From: Marsupella aquatica
Taxonomy: Eukaryota; Plantae; Marchantiophyta
NCBI GenBank assembly: GCA_973895155.1
Contig: OZ316892.1
Coordinates: 23,103,168-23,167,167, forward strand
Direction: 5' to 3'
DNA length: 64,000 bases
The position numbers were made by a program, and so were the translations under genes. Of the stretch, positions 48,752 through 64,000 are shown piece after piece. The notes below the pieces were generated by a model. It was not told the origin of the DNA and ran no database searches. It was given only the letters and a program-made list of their open reading frames with translations. Numbering within the stretch: the first letter of the stretch is position 1; each line of letters opens with the position of its first letter.

Positions 48752-50357
48752 TTATATTTAATTTCAAGTGGAGCAGATGGATGCCAATGGGCAAGGGTTT
48801 TTAGTCTGAACATAATAATAATTGACTTCCCTGGGACTCGTCTTAGTGAATGACTTTAGAGGGACTAGTCTTGCTGAATCTCTGTACAAGGCTTGCTCCA
48901 GATATTACCAATCACGATAAGCCATCCTATCCTATATCCTACACTATATATGCAGAGGCTGCCCTAGGACATAAATTACATATGTTTTAACAGCACTGCA
49001 TATTACATGTGTTCAGTCAATTAATGTAAAGCTTTGAATGATATTCTTGCAAGACAATTTTGGGGAGGGAACACAACAAATCAGTGCCCAAAAATTGTTT
49101 CTGCTCCTCCTGGAAAACAACATTAGGGAGGGGGCCAGGACGGAGATTTTTTGATGGGGAGTGGGGCAATTTTGGGTGGGGTTTCTAAGAGATGGGCTGG
49201 GGCCAATTTTTGGAGAGGGCCGAAAAGGGGTTACATATTAGGGAGGGTAATAGATCTGGAAGGCGGGAGGGAACTATGCTGAGTAAAAATTTAATGTGTT
49301 TTATTCTAACATAAGTCATATCTAGGTTGGACTAACAAACCGAACCTATCATGTGTACTTTTGGATGGTGTACTTAAGCAATCACTTACTCTAATTAAAG
49401 AAAGAGAATAAGAAATAGCAGTTGGTTTTCGATCCATAGCAAGTGGATCATGTCAACCTTTGAGCCGTGTACTTAAGCGACCACTAGGGTAATTAAAGAA
49501 AGACAATAAAAAATGTAGTTGGGGTTTCTGAGAGGTAGATCTGTGCAAGGAAATGAATGAAATTAGCCAGGCAAGTTCAGGTCAGTCACTCCAATGGTAC
49601 ATGGCATATTGTTAAAACTGAGACTTCTGTGAAAGTGATCTAAAATTGAGCAAGCGTTGAGCCATTGCATAAGCTCCTTTCTATTAGTTTGTTTTGTAAG
49701 CTATGTACAAATTTCAGGTGAGATTCAACAATGACAAGGACACCGCAAATGTCGGGTCAGGTTCAACAATGACATGGACACCGAAGATGGGAGCACAGTG
49801 AAGCTTTGGCAATTTGCACCTTCACAACAGAGAAAAGTAGCTGGGTGAGGTTCAACAATGACAAGCACACTGAAGATGGGAGCACATTGAAGCTTTGGCC
49901 ATTGGCACCTTCACATAGGAGAAAACTACCTGAGACTCATTACATCAAAGTAATGATTTGTGAAGCTAAGCTAGATAACAGCTTATGGTCCGTACATAAG
50001 AGTGACTATTCTTAAAACAAATTGTGACCATAATGGTTTTGTAAGAAAGAATCCATTTTATTTCACACAATGCACATTTCTTTTCACCTCTGTTTGCATT
50101 CAAAGAATGGGTAGTCGGGCCAGTGGCTATGGTGCTAGAAATGGCACACAATTTTCCAAATTCTGACTCCTATTTCATTATGTCACCATAGCCTGAAAAT
50201 AATGACCATTATGGTCCTATTTCATATGTGGACCACATTTCATTATGAAATAGGAGTCAGAAATAGTTGACTCCTATTTTATTATGTGGACCAAAAAGGT
50301 GTGTTTTCAAAGTCATCTAATTTCTTAATAAAGGCACATTTTATTCTCAGTTGAAAG

Positions 50358-50702
50358 TGTTAGGAATTACTCTTAGGTCTAAAGTTACAAGTGTATCGTA
50401 GTTAAGGTTAACCTTAGTCGTAGACTTGATTAGATTAGTCATGATGTGCACACTCTATACTCAAGTGGTGTTTGCTTGGAGAGGTGAAACTCAGGCTCAT
50501 TGTTACGGAACTAGTTAAAAGATAAGGAGAGCTTGCGCTATGGATGCTTGGTATAGCCGGTCGGTCGAGAGTACAATAAAGGTCTTGTGTGTTCCTGTGG
50601 ACGTAATCTCATGTAAAAGTGAACCACGTATTTCTCTGTGTCGATTTTTGTGCATTGGATAATTTATGGACTTGCCGTTGCGATTGTCGTCTATGCTCAA
50701 TA
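50358..50702 (+). mobile_element. Degenerate solo LTR, same family as 14526-14878, opposite orientation
   Basis: Its reverse complement matches 'ttgagcatagacgacaatcg(c/t)aacggcaag...ggttcac...tacgtccac..gaacacacaaga...cctaaca'. The TSD is decayed (GAAAG/AAAAA). Confidence 0.75.
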
Positions 50703-51205
50703 AAAAAAATAAATATATATATATAAATAATGCTTTAATGGGTTTATGAGGCCCACCACCCAATACTAGTCTCCCATAGGCAAGATGCCTCACACACACA
50801 TAGCATTAGATTTGAACTCATGATCATACTATGGAAAATCACTTAGCAAAATTTACTTAGAAGTCTTGAAATCGAATATCATGTTGAGCTTTTGTCCGAG
50901 TTCCAAACGAGAAGCCTTGTAAATTTACTCCGCTTACAATCCTCCCGAGAAGATGCGCAGGATATCTATTAACGTACACCGTTGGATTCATTTATTGGCG
51001 GCCTCGATGCATTCTCCGACTTCCGCCGTTTACTCTACGTCCTTACAGGTATGTCATGCACCTGTAAGAAGGACGCACGGGACCCTGCTCAAAACTTCCA
51101 AGTTCCAAACGAGAAGCGTTGTGATGAGATCGTTCGACGAGAAAGACCGTCAGTTGTGATTGATTATTCAGACTCGAAAAAGGAGGGAGCTGATCGAGGA
51201 GGGCG

Positions 51206-54791
<3,586 letters not shown>

Positions 54792-55429
54792 GACAATCAC
54801 AACCTCCAGATAGTTGATTCTCAATTCATGTTGGTTTATGTGGAAGAGCTACACAACAGAAGTGTGCTTGTGGCCTCCTGCTTACTGCAGAAGTTCAATA
54901 TGTTCCAGCTGATGGCGCCAAGCTCTGCTCATTTCTCTGTTTCAAACATAGTAATGCTAGAAGGAAATTCTTGGGCACTACGAGTGGTACGCTACACTGG
55001 GTCGTTGCGTGGAGCACATGTGCTCCAAATACTTCAGAATGACGTTGATACACATTTGAGGACTCTTGCAGATGACCACCGAATTGTACAGGAGAAATAG
55101 TGCAACAATGATTAGCCTTCACTATGGTTTAAATCTAAAGCTCAATGGAAAGCAACACGAATCTGTGGTCTCGCAATGTTTTTTGGATGAAGAACCGTAG
55201 GCAACTCTTCTCTGTGATAAGAAAGCGACTGACGCTAAAAGTCCATTTTTGGGGAGGCTTATGGGAAACACAACCCCGGTTTGAGGTTCATTAATCACTC
55301 TACAGTAGACAGGAATACAGAGTTGTCCATGCCAATGCAGAATTGGGAATGAGCTACACCCTTCATGACAATTAGCGTGGGTAACTCTAATTATAGATTG
55401 ACCAAGTTTTCCCTCTTCTCTGGATAATC

Positions 55430-56060
55430 GGTAGTGCTAGTCGAACTAATACCGTCATAACAGTATTACCGTGTGAACAAATTAGTGGTCCATACCTGTA
55501 GTCACTAATAACGTGTGTGCAAATTAGTGTTACCGTAGCTGTAGCGACTAATTGCGTGAAGGGTGTACATACGTCGTGGGCAACACTAACCTAAGAGTAA
55601 CACAAATTAGTTAAACCCCGCTATAACACTAATACTGTGTACGAATTAGTGTTACAAACCGACTGGTAGCAGCTAATTACCGTAAAGGGTATACATATGT
55701 AGTGGGAAACACAACGAGTAATTATGGCGAAGGGTGTACGTGTGTTGTGGGTTACACTAATTTACTTACCCCACACTGACTATTTTCTCCTCCCATAGCT
55801 TTTTCAAATCCTGGTGGATCCATGTTACCTTATTAGTCATTAAAAAATTAAGCAAAACAATGAGTGGGCAAAAAGTGACTATTTGTCCTCCCATAGCTTT
55901 GGCAAAGAGTGTACATGATGTGTTGTGGGTAACACTAAGTGGCTATTTTGTCCACACAGAGCTTTTTCAAAACCTGGTGGATCCAGGTCACCTTAATTAG
56001 TCAATAACTTTAACAGAATAAAACAATGGGCAAAAAGTGACTATTTGCCCTCCCAAAACT
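55430..56060. repeat. Cluster of short direct and inverted motifs (CACTAAT/ATTAGTG, gtgggtaacactaa) and ~170-bp duplicated blocks; probable TE terminal remnant
   Basis: The motifs recur; 'gctttttcaaa..ctggtggatcca.gt.acctta.tagtca' occurs at ~55795 and ~55960. Confidence 0.4.
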
Positions 56061-56743
56061 TCTGGGAGAGTGGGGGTTTACGACTGAATGTTAGATGTTC
56101 GCATTGGCAGCCCTCTATGAACATCCTCATATGTATTTTCATACCATTTGATAACCACATATGGTAGAGTAAAGGCCAAGAGATGGGCACCAACAACAAG
56201 AATGGCACTGTTGCAATTTCCCATACTATGACCTTATTGGATGCATCTGGTTCTGGTTGGTAGGTTGGATGCTTGGATTGTATGTTGATCAAGGGGGGTT
56301 CCCTTCCAGTATATACTTCCGGTGTAAGTAATGCATTCCCTTGAAAACCAGGTCCATGACTAAAGAATATTTGTTCACAAAGACGTAGTGAACACTCTCT
56401 CCTGTCTTGGATATTGTTGTCCATACATGTTTGTGACAACAGAGACCAAACTGCAGCTACCGTACATGCGGACACATTGTGCAATGAAATGTCACCAATG
56501 TAGGCTTGAACTGGATCCCTATCCCATTTTTTTTTGCTTGGATAGGATTCTTGAGCTCTGATGGGATGTATGGAAACCTATATATTTCACTAGGATGAAA
56601 TAGATTTAATGTAACTCCAATTGATTTCAAGCAGAGAGGATTTTGGGGATCTCATCTTCAGTCAAAGGTTTACCACAGTGCACAGTGAAGCCATTCTGCT
56701 GACCGACACAGTGTCAGTCATGTATACAATGGCTAGTACTTTT

Positions 56744-57017
56744 TGTTGGGAAAACCCGTCATGACACAACCAAGAGCACAATCATCAAGCAAGCACATAC
56801 CAAACCAAGATATATGCGGTTCATCTTCGTCAAGGCTACGTCCACGGAATGCTACTTTTCCTCCTAGCATCTAGCTAGCTCCCTCAACAATGAGCATGAG
56901 TCTCCAAAAGGAGCTCTCCCTAGCCCCTCTATATGCTAGATACTAGAGTCACGGTTAATCACCATTAACACCTAAGTAACTAGAGGGGTTAACCCAAGAC
57001 AGTACTTAACCCTAACA
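56744..57017. mobile_element. Solo LTR
   Basis: TGTTGG...CTAACA ends, perfect TSD CTTTT (56739-56743 and 57018-57022), and the 'ggttca..aggctacgtccacgg' core shared with the other solo LTRs. Confidence 0.85.
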
Positions 57018-60000
57018 CTTTTAGGGTTTGACGTACCGTTGATCTAGGGCCATTTTGTTTTGGCATCAAACTGCCTGCAATGAGGGAGATAGGAGGGTGT
57101 TGCCCTGTTTTCTTGATGCATCCAAGCAAGCTAGAAGTCATTGTAGACCAGGCGGGATGGGAGAGAAAACCTGGCAGGATGTGAGAAAGAAAGTTAACTC
57201 CTCAGAGACGCAATAGTAAGGTGACAAAGACTTGCAAAATAGGCTCTTGCAAATTTGGCTACATAATTTGAATTTAAATATGTTCAATGTCAATATTTCT
57301 CAAAATGCCCTCTTAAAAGGCAATTCTCCCCCTTTGTTGCATAGCGCGAGTTTATGGGGCTATTAGTGCCCATAATGCCCTCTTAAAAGTGTGTTAGTAC
57401 ACAAGGGCCCAGGATATTTTTAAGTTCACTCTTTTCACTAAAACCAGAGGTGAAGTTTCATAATTCCCCATCCAAATCTGGACTGTGCGTTGTTCTCCTC
57501 TATTTTCTAAGCATCCAGAATTAGAAAAATAAAAATTACTAGGGGCAATAATTATGGTAGGGGACAACGGGACGTCTTGCAGTTAGGCAGGTTTTGCACT
57601 TATGTAGTGTGCACCTAGAGAGAGACGGCTGTAGAGTAAGTTTCTTCCAGCTATGGGGTTAACGCCGTCCCGTCTGGTCAAAACTTAGTTGAGGCTGTCG
57701 GTCGTACGAGAAATCGCGCCCATGGAATTATTTGTGACAGAGCAGCGAAATGATTGCCAGATTGCGGAATCACTGTGCTTTCATTCATTCATTCTGTCCG
57801 TGATTTCATCGAGGAAAGTGGCGCTTGTGCATAAATGCATCGATGCGAGCAACAGGAAATCGTAGAATGATGGCAGTCAGGGTTTGGGGTTTGGTATGGT
57901 CGGGTTTGGTTTGTGGAGTGGTGTACCGCATGCAGTGAGGTTTGGTCTGCTACTGTACTGAGTTCGGTGGGAGGTTGGTCATCGAGAGAATCGAGAAATC
58001 CCTCAGGCAGCAGTCTTGGCCTTTCTTAGAAATTGCACTGCTGCTGCCGTCTGCTTCGGTTTCTTCAGCAGTGGTCCGTTCTTGCTTCATACGATCGGAA
58101 CAGAATTTTATCGGAAAGCGGCGGTGAAATTAATAATTGAAGAAGCCCCAGCGAAGTCGGACGGTGGTGATCGGCGGCATGTCAGCAGGGTTCTCAGGAA
58201 TTCTGCAGATACGAATGTTGAGAAATACGACGGAGTGGACGACCGTACATTACGGAATGTTGGAGACAGTAATGGGAGACAGGAGACGGGAGAGCTTGGG
58301 GTTCGGTTTGCGCGATTAGAATTTTACTTGGTTTGGTGGTTTGGTCGGAGGTGGAAGGGAGAAATTCTCGCGGCGAGTTTTGGCTTTCTTTAGACTGCTG
58401 CTGCTGTTCCTTCTTCAGGAGTGGTCCGTTCTTTCTTCATCCGATCCGAGGGTAATTTTATCTTAATAGAACGGCGCTGAAGATATTGGAGGCGCCGCGA
58501 GGTCGGGCGGTGGAGACCGAGCAGGCTGGGTGGCAGGTTCTCACAGGAATTTGTCAGATACGGACGTTCAGTAACAGAACGAAGTGAATGGCTGTAGGAA
58601 GTGAATGGCTGTAGATTACGGTATGTTGTAACAGGAGAAGGGGAGAGCTTGTGATTATAAGACGGCTTCGGCTGGTGCACTTAGGATTCACTTCGTTCCT
58701 AGAGTCTCAGATTGAGAGGATAGGAGAGTTCTTTGGGATTCCACAAGAAGAATCAAGTGCGTTGGAATTATGGGTGCGTGGTGTTCAAAAAGGTCGATAA
58801 GGCGAATCTTTCTGCAAGGAAAGAAGTTGTGAGATGAGGATGGATTGAACGGCGCCAATTGTTAAGTGTTAGAGCACTCTTAACGGAAAGAGCGTGGAGA
58901 ACTTGGAAACAGCTGAGTGGTTTCAAAGCTGGAAAGCCAGCGAAAGCAATTCGGGAGGATGCCATGAATGATGGAAAGGCTTATTGTTGTGTAGGTTTAT
59001 TCCTCGAATAGAAAGATTTTGACGTTTAAGCATGGAGGAGGAGAGGGATGAATCTTGACAAGCTGACAGCTCTAGTATGAGCGAAGGGAACGAACTAGCA
59101 CGAAAGGAAACGAAAGAAAAGAAAAGAAACTGAACTCGACGCGATGGATAGGATACAGAGGAGATCGAATCCGACACCACAGACATTGTGAGGGTTGGGA
59201 ATTTTGGAATGCGGGGGTGACTTCTGACCAAGGGCAGCTCAGAACGACAGAAAAGATCGCGATCTGTGATTTGGCGTAGGCTGATGCGCTAGTAGCAGCC
59301 TTATGAAGGCCTCCTGGCAGACAAGTAAGTGCGTACGACCCCAGTTCCGATTGTAGTGTCGATGACATTCGACTTAGAAGCCATTTGATTTTGTGGGATC
59401 TCTTTGACTGTTGCGACTGAAGCGTATCTTCGGATCGTTGTATATGCCGGACTGTCCGTCATGTTGGGAGAGGACAAGCGATAGACATCTTTGAATCGGT
59501 CCGCTTTATCTCTCGTTCATTATCACGTGTCGCAAGGTGTGTGGAGGGAATTGGTTTGCGACGGACATTTCAAAGTCAAGAAATCACACATGATGTGGAT
59601 TCTTTGGGATGAGAGGGTTACTCAATCTCGCCGGTAGTCGAACCAAAGTGTTTTCTTGAAGAACCTAAAAGCTGTTGTGATGCGATTGCGACTCCTCTGA
59701 TTGGACGCCAGAAAGGTTGAGTCAGTCTTCAGAAATTGATGCGCATTCCAGCTCTAGCAGTTTTCTGCTGTATGGAACGTCAAGAACGCCCGAATTTGGA
59801 CGGACGTTCGTTCCATCGTGGACATGCGCAGCAAGCCAGCCGTAAATTTAAAATTAAAGATTACTTTGATACGACACGCGTGCACTAGCAAGCGGTCTGT
59901 CTTGTGCTTCTCTGGGCCTTCCGTAAAAACTTTGGAACAAAGTTTATTGTATCCGCTGCGCTTTTTGAGTCCGCGGTATTATTGGCGACACTGCCGATGG

Positions 60001-61835
60001 CTTGCGTTGAACCTCTCACCGAGATATCCGCTGGCAACAGCGCACTGCATTACAGAAGGTAGGACGTGATTGTTAGAGGTGGCTTCGTTTACGCGCATAA
60101 TTTGTAGTGATTCATTTGCGCAACAGAGCTCACTCCACAGATTTAGCCAATCTCGTCCGTTATACGACGCCTACTGTTTCTACCTTTTCCTTCTTGCTCA
60201 CTTGGCACTCTCCGTAATTTGGCCCTATTCACGATAGAATGGATTGGGCAATCAATGCATCCATCCACTCCTGTAAATCGCTGCTGTATTGCGTCAGTGT
60301 CTGGCACATTTCTGGAGTTCGAGAAACAGAGCGATTCAGATAGATGATGCGGTGGGTTGTGAACGGAACGATAAGTTCACCTCGGAGTCAGTGGCGCCAT
60401 GTTCTACTCTCACTTCGAAGGTGGACAACAATTAACATCGTCAAACTCCTGATGGACTGACTCAGCTAGAAATTTGATGCTAAGCTCACTGCCCCATCAT
60501 TTCTCTTTCTTGCAGGGCACTGTCTTTAACGACCGTGCGTCTCGAGTGCTCTGCATGCAACCATGGCGAACTCCGACATCGAAAATTGTGCATCAGGTGT
60601 GCATTTCACTTCCATCGGTGTTTCGGCAGCACTGAAAGTCAATCAGTTTATAACATCCAGCTCTCCCGCTACTCTTGAAAATTTGTCGGGCCTATTGGAC
60701 GAAAGTCGACACGTTGTTGTTGGCCTTGGCATTGGAGCTGAATTTTCCGCCTTCTAACCACTTTGCTTTCGTTTGCATCTCTCAAGAGTTTGGACTGTCC
60801 AGTCCTCGCGTCAGTGCGTGCACCAGCCCAGGTCCCGTCCGGGATCTCAAATCGCTTCTTCCAATTGCAAGGTTTGTGCTCCTTCATGCTGTCAATTCAG
60901 TATCTCTCCCGCTCGTGTTATTGACAGGCTTTTCTTTCTTACTGGACCGTCTTGGCCTGCGAATGTACACGTAGGTTCCATTCGTGTTTGTCGGTCCTTC
61001 GTCATTAATATTAATCCCATGTCACCGTACGCTTCGGAATCTGCAGACAGGAGCGAGCACCTCTGGAAAGTTCAAACACGAGCAACTGCGTACACAGTAA
61101 TAGCAGTCAAGTGGTCCCTTTCGCTGCTGCGACCAAGGTCAGTCACTGAATTTGATTGTCATGCAACTTCGACGGGAATGACTACGTGGTGACGGTTGAT
61201 CTGAGTGATTATATTAATGAACTACATACTACTGGAGTTGTTCACGCGAGAAGGGCATAATTTTTTTGATTTTAATAAGGTTCCCGTGGAGCATCGTGGA
61301 AAGGTCGGCCAACTGCCCCCTCCCTGCGAAAAGGTGTCCCACCACTGGGAAGGAAGCTGGCCGGAGCTGGTAATCAAAGTTAGCGTTTAACGTGGCAGCA
61401 GGAGAGAGAGAGAGAAGTAGAGTAGAGAGAGATATCTCGTAGCCATCTCTCATTGTCCTGGAGAGATTGGTTTACCGTACTTCACCAGCCCTGTGGGCGA
61501 GGTTCTGCTGCGCTAGTACGCAGTCTCAGCAGCATGAGCTTGTTGGAGGCCATTCATTTTCTTAGGACTCCGTCTAGGAGCCGCTGAAACGTTTTATTGG
61601 GATTGAGGTATTAAAACTGTTCGGATTTCTTAAGTTTTCGCGGTGTACTGTACGTTTGTGAGAGATCGACTCACTTTTCTAACAGCTCTCAACATTTGCT
61701 AGTAACGAATACAAAATGCTGTTGAAGGGTTTCTTCTCGATTTTGTATCCACGGCCATGTCCACCGCAATCGTCTTCCTCCCGTTTTAACTTTTGAGGTT
61801 TTCAACTTTTAGAATTGGGTTTGTTTGGGGTCTGA

Positions 61836-64000
61836 CCTGAGACCGCTAATGAAATTCTGAGCCTTGACGCCGTGATCGAGCAGAAACGCCAACAGGAGCA
61901 AGGGCTTAATGGAAAGACAGCAGCAGCGGCAACCGCGGACCACATTTCGAAGAGGCCATCGGTTGAATGTGGTGTTGGTCAGCCGGGTGATGAAATATCG
62001 ATCGATAACGAAGGCGACTCGAGACAAAGACGATGGGATATACTTTCCGCACAGCTAGACCAAGAGGGTGACACCAGCTACTCGCTCTTCCACGACACCG
62101 CGGCAGACGACTCATTAGAATTCGATAGAGAGACAGTGGAAGCTGCCGTACAGAACAGCTTTAGGCAACTCTGCGCTCCAAGACAGGTTGATCAACGCTC
62201 TCATAATTTCTTCGAGGGGATCATTGACGTAGACTGTGAAGTCGGGTTCGGCGAGGATGAAGACTTCGAACGAGAGCAGAATGGATTCGGCAGCGAATCT
62301 TGCAAACCGTCGGAGTTTCACACCACTACGTCCTGCGGAGAACGCACCGTTGAGAAAGGGAGGCAGGAAGGCCATCTACAAGGCCCGTTCGGGGTAATCG
62401 TTTCGAATAGCTACGCTCAAGGAGGAGACTCGGAGCTTACGCGAAAAAGGAACAGGAAATTTTCAAGAAGTCGTAGCTCAATTGAGTCCGGCAGCAGAGC
62501 AAGACCAGTGCAGATCGAGGACCTCATGAGATATGCTTCTCTACCAGAGCCAGCAATTCGTAGAAGTCTTTCAACTCAGGACTTGCATTTCTCTTCTCGA
62601 GAGGATGATGAAATTTTGAACTCCGAGAAGCCCGAGGAGCTCGCGGGAGAAGACTCTTTGGTGGATTCCGAGGAGGAACCAGGAGATGAAGCATGGATGC
62701 CAACGAAATCGGAGTCCAGGGAGGAAGGGATCTATGTGGAGAACAGGGAGTGGGAGATGGAGCGTAGAGGTGCGCACGTAGAGGAGGAACAGGAAGAGAA
62801 CAATACGCCTTACGCTGGACAGGATTGCCGGTTGGAAAGCGAGTCGGAGGACATGGACGAGGCAATACAGGACATGCTTGCAGAAATGAGAGAGGAAAAC
62901 AGTTTTCACGAGGGGAGTGAAGAATCTAGTACCAGCCAGGACGAAGAGCCTGAGAGGATGAGTTTGGTACATGCTGCAATAAGGAACAGAAGCACTGACA
63001 ACAATGGCAATCCCTACAGCCTCATTTTTCTTGGCTTTGAGGATCTTTTAAGGGAAGCAGACGGAAGGGCTGAAAGAGAGCGGAAAACCGTCGAAGATAT
63101 GGTTCGAGTTAAGGAGGAAACGGAGGAAGCCTTGGAGCATCAACAGATGCGGTGGTCTGAGGCCGAGAAGCAGATGCAGAGCCGAATCAACTCGCTGGAA
63201 ATGCGAAACGGCAGTCTTTTAGACACGCAGAGGGAGACTGAGGCCGCTTTGACCACCGAGAAGGAGAGACGGAAGGAATCTCGGACTGAGGTGGACAGAA
63301 TTTTGGATATGTTGAAGAAAGAGAGAAAGTCCCACAAGGAAACTGTCGAGAAATTGAGCACTTGTGTTAATTCTCTGATGAAGTTAAGGGGAAACCTCGC
63401 AGTGCAGAAATCACGATCCTCCGAAGAAGGAGGGCCGTCCTATCTCCAGGTAGTAGACACAGCTCTTGAGGACACGGACAGGGAGCTGCAGGTAAACTTA
63501 ACCCAGTGGACAAAGAAATCATCTGAAGTGGACCATCGCGCCTCGGACATCGATGAACTCAGCAGGTGGAAGCAGCAACGGGATGCGTTAGAAGAAGAGC
63601 GAGATCAGGTGGAGGAGAACATGACTTCGCTGCTCAGAAGGACGAGAGACAGACATGAAGAGATGGAGCTCCTCTGGCTGGAGAGGGAAGCTTTGTTGGA
63701 ACAGAAGGTGGGCTGTCTGGAGGTCGAGCTACAACATTACGAGATGAAGCAGGGAAGGAAAGAAGCCGAGATCCTAGCTGAAAGGGTGCGGTGGGTCGAG
63801 GAATTGCAGAAGCACCGGAAAGCCTGGGCTCGTGAAAGAATCGCATGGGAAGCGACTGTGAGAGGGAAAGAAAATTGGGATTGTATGCCAAAGCCGTCCG
63901 AAGAGAATTGCCTCGTTCTTGCAAACGCAGCCAATGAGGACACCCTAGACAATTCTTCTGGACGATCCCAATACACCTTAAACGAGATGGAAGCCAAGGG
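61836..64000 (+). CDS. Long open reading frame (more than 700 codons, truncated by the window end): acidic disordered region followed by a coiled coil; unknown protein
   Basis: Manual translation shows no stop from 61836 to 64000, so it is absent from the ORF track. First in-frame ATG at 62526. E/K/R-rich heptads such as EREALLEQKVGCLEVELQHYE. The true start or upstream exons are unknown. Confidence 0.7.

Noticed and set aside
56041-56500. 147-aa ORF and a SWIM-like Cys/His pattern in another frame
   Set aside because: Interrupted, with atypical spacing; not enough to call a MULE transposase.
57900-61800. Many short ORFs and a diverged ~350-bp duplication (~58040 vs ~58395)
   Set aside because: No coherent exon chain or domain; most likely UTR, intron or intergenic sequence.

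Overview
This is eukaryotic nuclear DNA from a plant. The alpha/beta-hydrolase-NB-ARC-LRR (HNL) gene class suggests a bryophyte, probably a liverwort (inference). A tandem duplication produced two five-exon HNL immune-receptor genes (4495-11031 and 42797-48751). Between them, upstream of the second gene, lies a three-level transposon nest with every target-site duplication (TSD) readable. A Ty1/Copia element (14916-41230, TSD GAATG) is interrupted in its RT by a CACTA element (16260-35599, TSD TTT). A CACTA transposase intron is in turn interrupted by a Ty3/Gypsy-type element (17866-27458, TSD TTTTT). The two inner elements carry chromatin-modifying domains. The Gypsy Pol has a DNMT3-like cytosine-5 methyltransferase between protease and RT and a PHD finger after integrase. 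Its ends are split direct repeats (A...B-GC-A-B) with a palindromic junction rather than two ordinary LTRs. The CACTA carries a SET-domain exon that appears to share exon 1 with the transposase by alternative splicing. The window also holds four solo LTRs, a Mutator-like MITE, a non-autonomous Helitron, a 10-exon 26S proteasome RPT4 gene, and a long coiled-coil reading frame running off the right edge. All calls come from reading the sequence by eye; no database searches were run.
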